The notes: generated from the sequence alone by a model not told the origin. Positions 50,167 through 60,598 are shown, counted from the stretch's first letter. The stretch is DNA of 64,000 nucleotides from an uncultured Coxiellaceae bacterium (GCA_947084935.1 CAMTUH010000010.1:4538-68537), one strand, 5' to 3'. Numbers and translations: made by a program.

Positions 50167-51879
50167 ATGTCGTACAAAATTATTCGCGATCGTGCAGGAC
50201 GCATTGAGCACATTGAAACCTCATTCACGGGTCGGGATTTATTGAGTACACCCTTATTAAATAAGGGAACCGCGTTTACTGAAGAAGAACGTAAGACGTT
50301 TAAATTATTGGGGTGGTTACCCGAACGCATTGAAACATTGGAGCATCAGGCTTCCCGCGCGTATGCTCAATTCTCCGAAAAAAAGACTAATCTTGGAAAA
50401 AGCGTTTATCTGAACAGTTTGTTTGATACCAACGGAACCGTGTTTTATCGCTTAGTGAGCGATCACATCATCGAGATGCTTCCCATTATTTATACGCCCA
50501 CCGTGGGCGAAGCCGTCGAAAAATACAGCTTGGAATTGCGCCGTTCTCGGGGATTATTCGTCAGTTACCCAAACCAAGACCACATGGATGTTCTTTTAGA
50601 AAATCGGGCCCTCAAAGAGGTGGATATTATTTTAGTAACGGACGGGGAAGGTGTTTTGGGCATTGGTGATCAAGGCGTTGGGGGCATGGACATTGCGATC
50701 GCGAAGCTCATGGTGTACACCTTGTGCGCGGGCATTAATCCGGGGCGTGTTTTACCGATTCAACTCGACGTGGGGACTAATAATGAAGCACTCTTAAAAG
50801 ATCCGATGTATTTGGGTTGGCGCCACGAACGAATTTCGGGCCAAGCGTACGACGATTTTATCGACAAATTTGTCACGACCGTTCAGAAAAAATTTCCGAA
50901 CGCTTATTTGCACTGGGAAGATTTTGGGCGTGAAAACGCACGCAAAAATCTCAATCGATACCGCGATAAAATGGCGACTTTTAACGATGACATGCAAGGC
51001 ACGGGAGCAACGGCGCTGGCTTGCATTTTGGCGGGGGTGAAGGCTACTAACACGCACTTGAGCGATCATCGTATCGCGATTTTGGGTGCGGGAACCGCGG
51101 GCGCTGGGATTGCCGATCAAATACACGACGCGATGGTGCTGCAGGGTTTGTCAGAAGAAGAAGCGCGGAAACGCTTTTGGTTGGTGGATCGTCAGGGATT
51201 GTTGACGACAGCCACGCCGGATTTAGCTTCTTTTCAGAAGCCGTACGTACGTGATTTATCGGAAATTCAATCGTGGTCGCTGGACGACAAAAATAAAATC
51301 TCTTTTTATGAAGTCGTAAAAAATGCAAGGCCCACCATTATTATTGGGTGTTCGACCGTTCACGGCGCATTCGATGAACGCATTGTGAAAATAATGACAC
51401 GAAATACTCCTCAGCCGTTGATATTTCCTTTATCTAATCCGACCTCAAAATCGGAAGCGCAACCTGACGACGTTTATCGTTGGTCGGACGGAAAAGCCCT
51501 GGTGGCCACTGGAAGTCCGTTTGCGCCTGTTCAGTGGAAGGGAAAAAGTATTGCCATTACGCAAGCCAATAATGCCTATGTGTTTCCTGGTTTAGGATTG
51601 GGCGTGGTCGCCGGGAAAGTTAAACGAGTGACCGACGCCATGTTGCAGGTGGTGGCTGATACGTTAAGTGATTACGCCCCCGCGATGCACGATAAATCGG
51701 CCCCCTTGCTGCCGAGTCTGAATGGCATTCGTGAGATCAGCAAACAACTCGCTTTATCGGTGATGCAACAAGCGCGAAAAGAAGGATTGCTTGGAATTGC
51801 AGACGATGCGGATTTTACGCAAGAGATTAATCGAGTATTTTGGGAGCCCAACTACTATCCCTATAAAAAATTATCTTAA
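50167..51879 (+). CDS. maeA: NAD-dependent malic enzyme
   Basis: 570 aa. YTPTVGEA, FNDDMQGTGA, GAGTAGAGIA dinucleotide-binding motif, LSNPTSKSE. Confidence 0.92.
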   Translation: MSYKIIRDRAGRIEHIETSFTGRDLLSTPLLNKGTAFTEEERKTFKLLGWLPERIETLEHQASRAYAQFSEKKTNLGKSVYLNSLFDTNGTVFYRLVSDHIIEMLPIIYTPTVGEAVEKYSLELRRSRGLFVSYPNQDHMDVLLENRALKEVDIILVTDGEGVLGIGDQGVGGMDIAIAKLMVYTLCAGINPGRVLPIQLDVGTNNEALLKDPMYLGWRHERISGQAYDDFIDKFVTTVQKKFPNAYLHWEDFGRENARKNLNRYRDKMATFNDDMQGTGATALACILAGVKATNTHLSDHRIAILGAGTAGAGIADQIHDAMVLQGLSEEEARKRFWLVDRQGLLTTATPDLASFQKPYVRDLSEIQSWSLDDKNKISFYEVVKNARPTIIIGCSTVHGAFDERIVKIMTRNTPQPLIFPLSNPTSKSEAQPDDVYRWSDGKALVATGSPFAPVQWKGKSIAITQANNAYVFPGLGLGVVAGKVKRVTDAMLQVVADTLSDYAPAMHDKSAPLLPSLNGIREISKQLALSVMQQARKEGLLGIADDADFTQEINRVFWEPNYYPYKKLS

Positions 51880-52025
51880 CGCGCGTCTTGTTGTGAGCAC
51901 GGATTCCACTCGACGTGTTGCTCGGCAAGCCAGGCGTCGTAGATTGCTTTGGCGGCTGGAAAGTCATCGGCCCTTAAGTAACCCAGTACCCGTTGTTTGA
52001 TTGGGTCCGGCAATTCATTGTACAT
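51876..52025 (-). CDS. small ORF (49 aa), convergent with maeA and overlapping its stop
   Basis: ATG at 52025 preceded by GAGGAAAACC. MYNELPDPIKQRVLGYLRADDFPAAKAIYDAWLAEQHVEWNPCSQQDAR. Below the ORF-track cutoff. Confidence 0.4.
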   Translation of the reverse strand: MYNELPDPIKQRVLGYLRADDFPAAKAIYDAWLAEQHVEWNPCSQQDAR

Positions 52026-52163
52026 GGTTTTCCTCGGTCTTTGCGCATTTTTCGAACTAACGCAAATATACTCAGCCTGATGGTCGGGAGGGAATGGCGA
52101 ATTTCTTACAATAGTGCGAGCTATTTCTGATTTTGGGAAAAATCAGGGTTTCTTAATTTATTT

Positions 52164-54455
52164 TTAAGTTTTCCCAGAAGGTTTTTCCGGCCAACTTTTG
52201 ATGTAAATATCCTGTTGTGGAAAGGCAATGGTGATGTGGTTTTGGCGGAATTCGCGGTCAATCGCAAAGTTGAGGTCGCTGTGCACTTGAAACTTTAAAT
52301 TCACGTCACGGATGATGCACCACAGCTCAAAGTTAAGGCTGCTTTCTCCAAACCCACGAAATAATACGGCGGGCCCCGGATGTTCTTTGTCAACCTCGGG
52401 ATGCGCGTGCGCTACTTCCAGTAAGATTTTCCTTACGGTATCTACATCACTTCCATAAGCTACGCCAACGGCTACTTCAATCCGCCAAAAGGTGTCACGG
52501 AACATAAAATTAGTTACTTGTTTTGAAATTAATTCATAGTTAGGAATAATGACATCGGAATGTTTCAAAGTAGAAATTTGTGTGGAACGAATACGAATTT
52601 TTTTAACAAATCCCTCAGTGTCACCGACGGTAATGCGATCGCCGGGTTTAATCGGGCGTTCCGTTAATAAAATAATTCCGGAAATAAAGTTAGCGACGAT
52701 ATCGCGTAATCCAAATCCAATACCGACGGATAACGCGCCGGCGATGACGGCTAATCCGGTAAAACTAACGCCCGCGATCAACAGCGCAAATAACAGAGAG
52801 GCAGCGAATCCAATATAACCGACGATTGAACCAAAGGCCAGTGTGGCTCCTTCATCCATTTTCATACTGGGATGCCGGAAAATAAAAGCGCGGAGCCACC
52901 GGGTAAATAAGACAAATACGGTGAAAATGGTGAGAGCAATCATAATTTTTGAAGGGACAACGATGCTTTTACCGATGGTAAAACCTTCCGTGAGGTATCG
53001 AATTAATCCGTGCAGTTCGTGTCTGGGTAAACCCCAGGTGTCGAGCAGCAGCAAAATCAAAATGCTTAACGCAAGAACAAAGATTACCCACCGAATACAC
53101 AACAGTTCGGGTAATGATCTCCGTCGTGATAGGCCGAGATAATTGCGAAAACTCTTTTGCCATTCGTATTCATTGTCAGCGAGAAGATCGATGAAATAAG
53201 TAAGCAATTTGTAGGCAAACCAGGTGGCGGTGAGATAAATAAAAGAGAGTGCAATGCCAATTAATAAAAATACCGACAATCCTTGATAGCCAATCCAATC
53301 TGCAACGACGATAGCAATAAATGCAGCGCTGAGCACGATGCTGAATAGAATTCGCCACGGTCGGTAGAATTTAAATCGCGGGATGTCGTTGAGTAACCAG
53401 ATAATCGCAATCAAGTTGAATGTCAGCACGGTGATGTAAATGGTGCGCAGCGCGCGATAGAGATCTTCGGGAATAATTTTATAGTGAAACAAAACGGTGA
53501 AGAGATATCCAATGAATAACAATACGCCGAACGTTATTATTCGTCGTTTGAACGACAGGGATATTTCTTTGGGAAGCGATAGGAGCCCTGGAGTTGGTTT
53601 GGGCGGAGAAAATAGTATCCGTGTCAGCATGACAAATAGAAGGAGAGCAGTTATTCCATAAATCAGTAGCCCGATAAGCGGAACGGTTGTCGCGTCTCGA
53701 TAAAGAATGGCGACGTAAATCGACAAGAATGCGAACAGTAAAAATGGAATGCTGTATTTGACGAACACGCCGATTAGCGCTTGCACGAGTCGATCGCCAA
53801 AGGAAGGCTCTTTTTTCGATTTAAGCAGAGGTTTTATGGTTCTTGAAATCCACAGGCCGCCCAGAATTGCAATAGTCGCGAAAATAAACAGAAAAATCAC
53901 AGCAAGTGTGCTAAAAAACGAGAGACCGCTCTGCGCAAAAAATTGAGTGGTATCAAAAGTCTGATAAAACGATGGCAGGTTTTTAAATCCGGTAATCAGA
54001 TTCGCGAAAAAATGCGGTTCTTTTTTGATGAGTTTTGTTGTGGTGAGTTTTTGCGTGGCAGTTTTGAATGCGAGAATAGCCTCGTCGGCGCGGTGTACGA
54101 ATAGCTGGCAACGGGATCTCTGCTGAGTCAAGGTAGATTTTTTCTTAATTAAATACCGTTGGGTTTCGGTGGACGTTGCGGTTCTTGCATTGGCTTCTTG
54201 TGGAGCCAGTTCTTCATTAATCGTATTGATTTCGGAGGTAGTTTGTGCGACGCAAACCTTCGCTTTGTTGAGCAGTGCGGTTAACGTGTCAATCGACTTT
54301 TCTAAATTATTAACATTTACATTCTGCACTGAGAGTTCAATGCTGATTTTATCCAGAGTTTTATGCGCGGCGTTTGCGTCGAAGGGTTCTTGAGCTACGG
54401 TGCAGGTTAAAACCGTGAACAGAAATCCAATAATAAATATCCCTATTTTTTTCAT
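52164..54455 (-). CDS. mechanosensitive channel, MscK/KefA-like
   Basis: Signal peptide plus periplasmic coiled-coil domain, about 10 TM helices, and a C-terminal MscS core (FISGIILLTERPIKPGDRITVGDTEGFVKKIRIRST). ATG at 54455 (MKKIGIF..) preferred because it avoids overlap with rimK. Confidence 0.8.
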   Translation of the reverse strand: MKKIGIFIIGFLFTVLTCTVAQEPFDANAAHKTLDKISIELSVQNVNVNNLEKSIDTLTALLNKAKVCVAQTTSEINTINEELAPQEANARTATSTETQRYLIKKKSTLTQQRSRCQLFVHRADEAILAFKTATQKLTTTKLIKKEPHFFANLITGFKNLPSFYQTFDTTQFFAQSGLSFFSTLAVIFLFIFATIAILGGLWISRTIKPLLKSKKEPSFGDRLVQALIGVFVKYSIPFLLFAFLSIYVAILYRDATTVPLIGLLIYGITALLLFVMLTRILFSPPKPTPGLLSLPKEISLSFKRRIITFGVLLFIGYLFTVLFHYKIIPEDLYRALRTIYITVLTFNLIAIIWLLNDIPRFKFYRPWRILFSIVLSAAFIAIVVADWIGYQGLSVFLLIGIALSFIYLTATWFAYKLLTYFIDLLADNEYEWQKSFRNYLGLSRRRSLPELLCIRWVIFVLALSILILLLLDTWGLPRHELHGLIRYLTEGFTIGKSIVVPSKIMIALTIFTVFVLFTRWLRAFIFRHPSMKMDEGATLAFGSIVGYIGFAASLLFALLIAGVSFTGLAVIAGALSVGIGFGLRDIVANFISGIILLTERPIKPGDRITVGDTEGFVKKIRIRSTQISTLKHSDVIIPNYELISKQVTNFMFRDTFWRIEVAVGVAYGSDVDTVRKILLEVAHAHPEVDKEHPGPAVLFRGFGESSLNFELWCIIRDVNLKFQVHSDLNFAIDREFRQNHITIAFPQQDIYIKSWPEKPSGKT

Positions 54456-54459
54456 GAAT

Positions 54460-55359
54460 TTATCCTTGGTAACGGTTTGAAACCGGTTTTGCGTGTTTCT
54501 CAATAAATTCAATCACCAAATCGGCGATGTCTTTGTTGGTGTTTTTTTCGATGCCTTCCAAACCCGGTGACGAGTTAACTTCAATGACTAACGCGCCGCG
54601 TTTTGAGCGTAACAAATCAACTCCCGCGACATTGAGCCCCATCACTTTAACGGCACGAATGGCAATCTCACGTTCTTCTTTCGTTATTTTAATTACTTTT
54701 GCCGATCCACCGCGATGCACGTTAGATCGAAAATCTCCAGGGCGTGCTTCACGCTGCATGGCTGCTACGACTTTATTACCAATGACGAAGCAGCGAATGT
54801 CTCGTCCTTTACTTTCTTCTATAAATTCTTGCACCACGATATTCGCTTTTAAACCGAGAAATGCCTGGATAACACTTTCCGCAGCTTTTTTTGTCTCTGC
54901 TAGTACAACACCGATTCCTTGAGTGCCTTCGATCAGTTTAATAATAACCGGTGCGCCACCTACCATTGTGGTGAGATCATCGATATCATCGGGTGAGTGC
55001 GCAAATCCCGTAGTGGGCAGATTAAAGCCCTTTCGAGCGAGTAATTGCATCGCGCGAAATTTATCGCGCGAGCGGGTGATGGCTATCGATGAATTCAAGG
55101 AAAAAACGCCCATCATTTCGAATTGCCGAACAACGGCTGCTCCGTAAAAAGTAATGGATGAACCAATTCGAGGGATAACGGCATCGTATTTTGTTAATTC
55201 CTTTCCCATATAGTGAACGGAAGGTTTTTCAGAGCTCACGTTCATGTAGCAGCGCAAGGTATTGATGATTTTCACTTCGTGCCCACGATGTAAAGCCGCT
55301 TCTTTCAAGCGCTGCGTGGAATACAATTCTGGTTTCCGTGATAAAATGGCAATCTTCAC
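54460..55359 (-). CDS. rimK: ribosomal protein S6 glutamate ligase RimK (ATP-grasp)
   Basis: [47 protein letters not shown]. 299 aa. Confidence 0.92.
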   Translation of the reverse strand: MKIAILSRKPELYSTQRLKEAALHRGHEVKIINTLRCYMNVSSEKPSVHYMGKELTKYDAVIPRIGSSITFYGAAVVRQFEMMGVFSLNSSIAITRSRDKFRAMQLLARKGFNLPTTGFAHSPDDIDDLTTMVGGAPVIIKLIEGTQGIGVVLAETKKAAESVIQAFLGLKANIVVQEFIEESKGRDIRCFVIGNKVVAAMQREARPGDFRSNVHRGGSAKVIKITKEEREIAIRAVKVMGLNVAGVDLLRSKRGALVIEVNSSPGLEGIEKNTNKDIADLVIEFIEKHAKPVSNRYQG

Positions 55360-55364
55360 AACTG

Positions 55365-55823
55365 TTACCTTTTATTATTTGTTGTCAAAAATGATTGATA
55401 AGGATTAACGAGAAAACGTCCTTTAATGGCGGAACGCCCCAACAACATTCGAAATCCCATTGTGTCGCGCTTAGTTAACGTTACTTCGATGGGCCACGCG
55501 GTGTTATTCATCATGAGCGCCGTTCGTATCACGTATCGTAACTCTTTGTGACCGCCCGAGTCCATCACCCAGCGTTCGTCAATGACATCCGCTTCGCACT
55601 GCACGACAGTTTTTTCGTCTTTTTGAATGGGGTGTAACAGGAAGCGCGCACGTTGTTGTTTATCTTGAGTGTATACTTCCAGAGAGAAAGCGTGCAGTGC
55701 CGACGTTCGAGCACCGCTGTCAATTTTTGCTTTAATACAAGTGATGCCGAGATCGGGAAGCGCGACCCATTCTCGCCACCCGATGATTTGTTTAGTGTAT
55801 GTTCTAGATGGATTACGTTTCAT
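55365..55823 (-). CDS. retropepsin-like aspartic protease partner of RimK (annotated in databases as ATP-dependent zinc protease)
   Basis: [30 protein letters not shown] is the family signature. Lies immediately upstream of rimK. Confidence 0.8.
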   Translation of the reverse strand: MKRNPSRTYTKQIIGWREWVALPDLGITCIKAKIDSGARTSALHAFSLEVYTQDKQQRARFLLHPIQKDEKTVVQCEADVIDERWVMDSGGHKELRYVIRTALMMNNTAWPIEVTLTKRDTMGFRMLLGRSAIKGRFLVNPYQSFLTTNNKR

Positions 55824-56001
55824 TCCCGATTCCTTATCATCAATAATACAAGACCTTACGGAATCCTGCCAATTAAGTGGAAGCGATAGTGCCCAGCACG
55901 GTATTTACAATTGAGTGTAATGTGTATTAAATAGCTGAGACTTAGGGAATGCGGTTCGAGGAAAGGAGAACAATTATTGTGATTAATAAACGGAGAAACT
56001 C

Positions 56002-56553
56002 ATGATTAAGCGATTAATTACAGCCAGTCTTGTTAGCCTTGCGACTTTGGGTACCGCTTTTGCGGATGAGCCTGCTAATTCGCAAACACCACTTAATGTT
56101 GGACCTTATGTGGGTGTCCACGGTGGTATAGCCATCCTGAGTAGCGATGGTTGGAACGTCGGTCCCGATGTAGGGGGTCAGGTCGGTTATAAAATAGGCA
56201 ACGTTCGTGTAGAAGGAGCCTTCAGTTACTACAGCAACAGTACAGATTTTCTGGGGGACAACATTGTTCTGCACATGACGACCTTGATGGCAAATGGTTA
56301 TTACGATTTTAATTTTGGTTCCCGGGTTATCCCATTTGTGGGTGCGGGTATCGGTTGGCTCCACGCCTGGTTGAGCGACTCAGTTGGTCTTGTTGTTCCA
56401 GATGATAATGAGTTCGCTTATCAAGGTATTGCGGGTTTGAATTTTCAGATTAATGACCGCCTGACGTTCGGATTGAGTTACCACTATTTGGGTTGGTCCG
56501 ATGGTGGTGGGCATCAGAATTTAGTCGAAGCCAGTTTAAATTACGCATTTTAG
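56002..56553 (+). CDS. small outer-membrane beta-barrel protein (OMP_b-brl-like)
   Basis: Signal peptide ..LGTAFA/DE, alternating hydrophobic beta-strand pattern, and a C-terminal aromatic residue (..SLNYAF*). Confidence 0.7.
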   Translation: MIKRLITASLVSLATLGTAFADEPANSQTPLNVGPYVGVHGGIAILSSDGWNVGPDVGGQVGYKIGNVRVEGAFSYYSNSTDFLGDNIVLHMTTLMANGYYDFNFGSRVIPFVGAGIGWLHAWLSDSVGLVVPDDNEFAYQGIAGLNFQINDRLTFGLSYHYLGWSDGGGHQNLVEASLNYAF

Positions 56554-56682
56554 TGTTAGGGCGATTTCCGCAGGGATGCGGATCTCTCCTCGATATCTTT
56601 AGTAAAATCAATCAATTGCTAATATTTTTCTGGGCCCCTGATGGTCTATAGTTATGGGAGTTTATAAATTCAGGTAGGCTTC

Positions 56683-57126
56683 ATGCGTAAAATTAGCACC
56701 ATGAGCGCATTAGGGTTGATTTTGGGAATATTAGCGAGTCCTGTCATGGGGCAGCAGGACAGCTATCATATCTCGGGCGGAGAATTATTAGACTACTGCA
56801 AAGATACGGCCGCGATGATGGAAAAGAAAGCATATAACGTGTCTAAATCCAGTTGGTGCATTGGGTTCGTTCAAGGAGCCGTAACGTCGCACCGATTTTA
56901 CAGTGCGTTTTATGCCGTGCAAAATCCGCAGAATAAAAATTTATCGAATGAAGCATTAGGGAAAAAAGTCGAAGAAAATCAAGTATTCTGCGTGCCGACC
57001 TCGGTAACGTTAGGGCAGGTCGTGAAAGACGTGGTATCCTTTTTAGAAGCGAATCCCTCTTATCAGAAAGAACAAGCCAGTATGGCTGTTGCGCGAGCGT
57101 TATATAAGACTTATCCCTGCAAATGA
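56683..57126 (+). CDS. secreted Rap1a/Tai4-like protein (putative orphan amidase-immunity protein)
   Basis: Signal peptide, then GGELLDYC ... WCIGFVQG ... FCVPTSVTLGQVVKDVVSFLEANP .... AVARALYKTYPC. This Cys spacing and ending, from memory, characterise the Rap1a/Tai4 family. Confidence 0.5.
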   Translation: MRKISTMSALGLILGILASPVMGQQDSYHISGGELLDYCKDTAAMMEKKAYNVSKSSWCIGFVQGAVTSHRFYSAFYAVQNPQNKNLSNEALGKKVEENQVFCVPTSVTLGQVVKDVVSFLEANPSYQKEQASMAVARALYKTYPCK

Positions 57127-57181
57127 GTAACCCTCTTCTTGACTGACCTTCGGTGTGAAGTTATCGTTAGCTTCCGCGTGC

Positions 57182-57255
<74 letters not shown>

Positions 57256-57351
57256 TACTCATTGACTTTGATATCCCGGCGTGCCGGGCAGCCGTCCATA
57301 GTGATAAGTCCGGCCCGCACTTTAAATCAAATTTTTTATAGGACTTGATCC

Positions 57352-58077
57352 ATGCGACAGGTACCTCGTTATTTAATCATCGGCTCAGGCCGAATGGCGC
57401 GGCATTTTCAGCATTACCTGAACTTGCTTAATATTCCCTTCGTTACGTGGGCACGTCGATATAATACTTCTGAAGAGCTTCTTCTTTCGTGCCGCGCGTG
57501 TTCCAACATTTTATTACTGATCAACGATACTGAAATTGAAAATTTCACTAATAAACATCCTTTTTTAAAAGAAAAAGTGCTTGTCCATTTTTCGGGACAA
57601 TTATCTTTAGAAGATGTTTATAGCGCTCATCCACTGATGACTTTTGGGAATGCTCTTTATGACTTAAAAACCTATCAGGACGTTGCTTTTATTTTAGAAG
57701 AAAACGGGCTGGAAATGAGAGAAATTTTGCCCGGATTGGCTAATCAAAATTTTAAGATATCCAGACAACTAAAAGCATATTACCACGCACTGTGTGTCAT
57801 GAGTGGAAATTTTACCTGTATTCTATGGGAAAAGTTTTTTAACGAGATTGAAAATAGGTTCTCGATACCCAAATCAGCGGTTTTCCCTTATCTAGAACGA
57901 ATTACCAAAAATCTTATAGAAAATCCGGGAAGTGCGTTAACGGGCCCTTTGATTAGAAAAGACGTCAGCACCATCCAGGCCAATCTCGCAGCTTTACAGA
58001 CGGATGAATTCGAAGCAGTTTACCGAGCGTTTGTCACCGTCTTTCACAAAAGGAGTGCGGAACATGAAAGTGCATGA
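57352..58077 (+). CDS. panG: Rossmann + DUF2520 protein; putative PanG-type ketopantoate reductase
   Basis: N-terminal IIGSGRMARHF dinucleotide fold. C-terminal ALTGPLIRKDVSTIQANLAAL resembles the DUF2520 signature. Overlaps panB by 14 nt. Confidence 0.5.
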   Translation: MRQVPRYLIIGSGRMARHFQHYLNLLNIPFVTWARRYNTSEELLLSCRACSNILLLINDTEIENFTNKHPFLKEKVLVHFSGQLSLEDVYSAHPLMTFGNALYDLKTYQDVAFILEENGLEMREILPGLANQNFKISRQLKAYYHALCVMSGNFTCILWEKFFNEIENRFSIPKSAVFPYLERITKNLIENPGSALTGPLIRKDVSTIQANLAALQTDEFEAVYRAFVTVFHKRSAEHESA

Positions 58078-58849
58078 TTTTCAAAAAATGAAAGAAAGCG
58101 GAAAGAAAATCAGCGTGGTTACGTGTTATGATTATTGGTCCGCGCATATTATTTCCTACAGCAATATCGATTGCGTATTGGTCGGCGATAGTTTGGCGAT
58201 GGTCATGTACGGTTACCCAACCACCTTGTCGGCTACCGTAGATATGATTGCACGGCACGTTGAAGCCGTGTCGAAAGGCTGCCCCGGTAAGTTTATCATT
58301 GCGGATATGCCATTTCTTTCTTATCGAAAAGATTTAGCCGCCAATATGAGTGCGATTGAAGCAATGATGCGCTCAGGAGCGCATGCGATTAAATTAGAAA
58401 GGGCGGACGGTAACTTAGCGCTCATTGAACACGTTGTGCAATCGGGTATACCGGTAATGGGGCATGTGGGATTAACCCCACAATCGTTTTATACGATTGG
58501 TGGGTTTGTCATTCAAGGGAAAGAGCAGAAAGGGGCTGAAAAATTAAAAGAGGATGCTCGACAATTAACGAGAGCCGGCTGTTTTTCCCTTGTGTTAGAG
58601 TGCATACCCAGTGTGCTTGCGCAGCAGATTACCGATGAGATTCCTATTCCAACAATAGGCATCGGTGCGGGCCCTGATACTTCGGGACAAGTGCTGGTCT
58701 TGCATGATCTCCTGGGCCTAACTCCATTCACCCCTAAGTATTTGAAAAAGTTTTTAGACGGCTTTACTCTTATCAAAGACGCTTTAAATTCCTTTGATCG
58801 GGAAGTAAAAACGTCTGCTTATCCGCAGGTTTATGAACACACTTATTGA
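58064..58849 (+). CDS. panB: 3-methyl-2-oxobutanoate hydroxymethyltransferase
   Basis: ATG at 58064 (SD AGGAG). KISVVTCYDYWSA, LVGDSLAMVMYGY, MPFLSY, KLE, GHVGLTPQS. Confidence 0.92.
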   Translation: MKVHDFQKMKESGKKISVVTCYDYWSAHIISYSNIDCVLVGDSLAMVMYGYPTTLSATVDMIARHVEAVSKGCPGKFIIADMPFLSYRKDLAANMSAIEAMMRSGAHAIKLERADGNLALIEHVVQSGIPVMGHVGLTPQSFYTIGGFVIQGKEQKGAEKLKEDARQLTRAGCFSLVLECIPSVLAQQITDEIPIPTIGIGAGPDTSGQVLVLHDLLGLTPFTPKYLKKFLDGFTLIKDALNSFDREVKTSAYPQVYEHTY

Positions 58850-58858
58850 AGAATAAAA

Positions 58859-59626
58859 ATGACCAAAATAATTGAATCACTAAAAGAGTGGCAGTTAATA
58901 AGGAAAAAGTTATCCCACGATACTGTTGATCTGGGTTTTGTACCCACCCTGGGTAATTTACATGCGGGCCACGAAAGCTTATTGCAGCGCTCTCAGCGGG
59001 AGAATTCAATAACGGTTTTAAGTGTGTTTGTTAATCCAACGCAGTTTGATAATAAAAATGATTTTAAAAATTATCCGCGCACTTTAGATCAAGACGTATT
59101 AACAGCGGAAAAAAATGGCATTGATTATGTTTTAGCGCCTGACTTTACTGCACTTTATCCCGATAATTACGCGTATAAAATAGTTAATGCTGACATGAGT
59201 TCTCCACTAGAAGGAGCTTTTCGTCCTGGCCATTTTGATGGAGTATTAACCATTGTGTTGAAATTATTGCTCCTCGTAAAACCCACGCACACCTACTTTG
59301 GTGAAAAAGATTATCAACAATTGACATTGATAAAAGGTTTAGCGAAAGCATTTTTTTTAGAAACTGAAATAGTAGAATGTGCGACGGTTCGCAATGAATT
59401 TGGGCTGCCACTAAGTTCGCGTAATAGTCGTCTGACTGAAGAGCAGTACCGTTTGGCACAGTGGTTCCCCAAGATTTTTCATTCTGGAGAATCGTGCGAA
59501 AACATCAAAAAACAACTGATCCAGAAGGGGTTCACCGTCGATTATGTTGAAGACTATGAAAGAAGACGATTTGCAGCGGTTAGGCTGGCTGATATTCGAT
59601 TGATCGATAATATTGTTTTAGAATAG
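58859..59626 (+). CDS. panC: pantoate--beta-alanine ligase
   Basis: GFVPTLGNLHAGHESL, SVFVNPTQF, GHFDGVLTIV, YFGEKDYQQ. Confidence 0.92.
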   Translation: MTKIIESLKEWQLIRKKLSHDTVDLGFVPTLGNLHAGHESLLQRSQRENSITVLSVFVNPTQFDNKNDFKNYPRTLDQDVLTAEKNGIDYVLAPDFTALYPDNYAYKIVNADMSSPLEGAFRPGHFDGVLTIVLKLLLLVKPTHTYFGEKDYQQLTLIKGLAKAFFLETEIVECATVRNEFGLPLSSRNSRLTEEQYRLAQWFPKIFHSGESCENIKKQLIQKGFTVDYVEDYERRRFAAVRLADIRLIDNIVLE

Positions 59627-59644
59627 GAGCAGGAAGATGATTTT

Positions 59645-60394
59645 ATGAGCATACTCAACGAAAAACAAAAGGCGTTATGCAACAAAGCGCCCGCTGATTA
59701 TTCCGATTTGAAGGCATTATTTTTAAATTGTACGCTGAAACGGTCGCCCGAGCTTTCGCATACGGAAGGCTTGATACGCATTTCAAAAGCGATTATGGAA
59801 AAAAATCACGTTGCAGTAGAAGTGATTCGCCCGGTGGATTACGCTATTGCTTATGGTGTTTATGGGGATATGCGCGAGCACGGTTGGGACCATGACGACT
59901 GGCCTTCGATTTACGAAAAGGTACAAAAAGCGGATATTTTGGTCATCACGACACCCATTTGGCTCGGTGATAAATCATCCGTTTGTACCAAGACGATCGA
60001 GCGTTTATACGGAAATTCGGGTGATCTTAATGAGCATGGTCAGTATGCTTATTATGGAAAAGTGGGTGGCTGTTTAATTACCGGCAATGAAGACGGCGCC
60101 AAGCATTGCGCCATGAATATCCTCTATTCTTTGCAGCACCTTGGTTACGTGATCCCTCCACAAGCCGATGCGGCTTGGCTGGGTGGAGTAGGGCCCGGGC
60201 CTTCTTATCTGGATCCTGATTCGGGTGGTCCCGAAAATGATTTCACCAATCGCAATACGACGTTCATGACGTGGAACCTCTTACATCTGGCCAGAATACT
60301 GAAGGACGTCGGTGGAATCCCGGCGCACGGTAATCAGCGTTCGGAGTGGGACGCCGGTTGCCGATTTGATTACCCGAATCCCGATTACCGTTAA
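59645..60394 (+). CDS. flavodoxin-like NAD(P)H-dependent FMN reductase family protein
   Basis: Flavodoxin-like fold pattern (LFLNCTLKRSPELSHT ... ADILVITTPIWLGDKSS ... GNEDGAKH). 249 aa. Confidence 0.7.
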   Translation: MSILNEKQKALCNKAPADYSDLKALFLNCTLKRSPELSHTEGLIRISKAIMEKNHVAVEVIRPVDYAIAYGVYGDMREHGWDHDDWPSIYEKVQKADILVITTPIWLGDKSSVCTKTIERLYGNSGDLNEHGQYAYYGKVGGCLITGNEDGAKHCAMNILYSLQHLGYVIPPQADAAWLGGVGPGPSYLDPDSGGPENDFTNRNTTFMTWNLLHLARILKDVGGIPAHGNQRSEWDAGCRFDYPNPDYR

Positions 60395-60598
60395 TAAAAT
60401 TTACAGAAGAATTGTTGCTTAATCCACAATGAAGCAACCTGATTTTTCGGGAAAATATTTTGTGTATTCTATTGCAGCCAATGAGCAAGTAGAAATCAAT
60501 AATAAGAATAGGGCAGATGATATTTTTTTCATTTTTTTTTGCGCACGGTTTTTATAGCATCCTTAACATCTTGTTTTGTAAGACCAGTTCGCCTGGAT

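Noticed and set aside
51968-51982. CCCTTAAGTAACCC, a CTTAAGG-like sequence on the minus strand
   Set aside because: It lies inside the 49-aa ORF, has no TTAAT partner half-site at the 11-nt register, and no -10 at +9.
56620-56660. GCTAATATTTTTCTGGGCC...TATAGT upstream of the Rap1a-like gene, as a PmrA half-site
   Set aside because: Only a TAATATT half resembles the box, the proximal CTTAAG half is missing, and the spacing to TATAGT does not fit the 9-nt rule.
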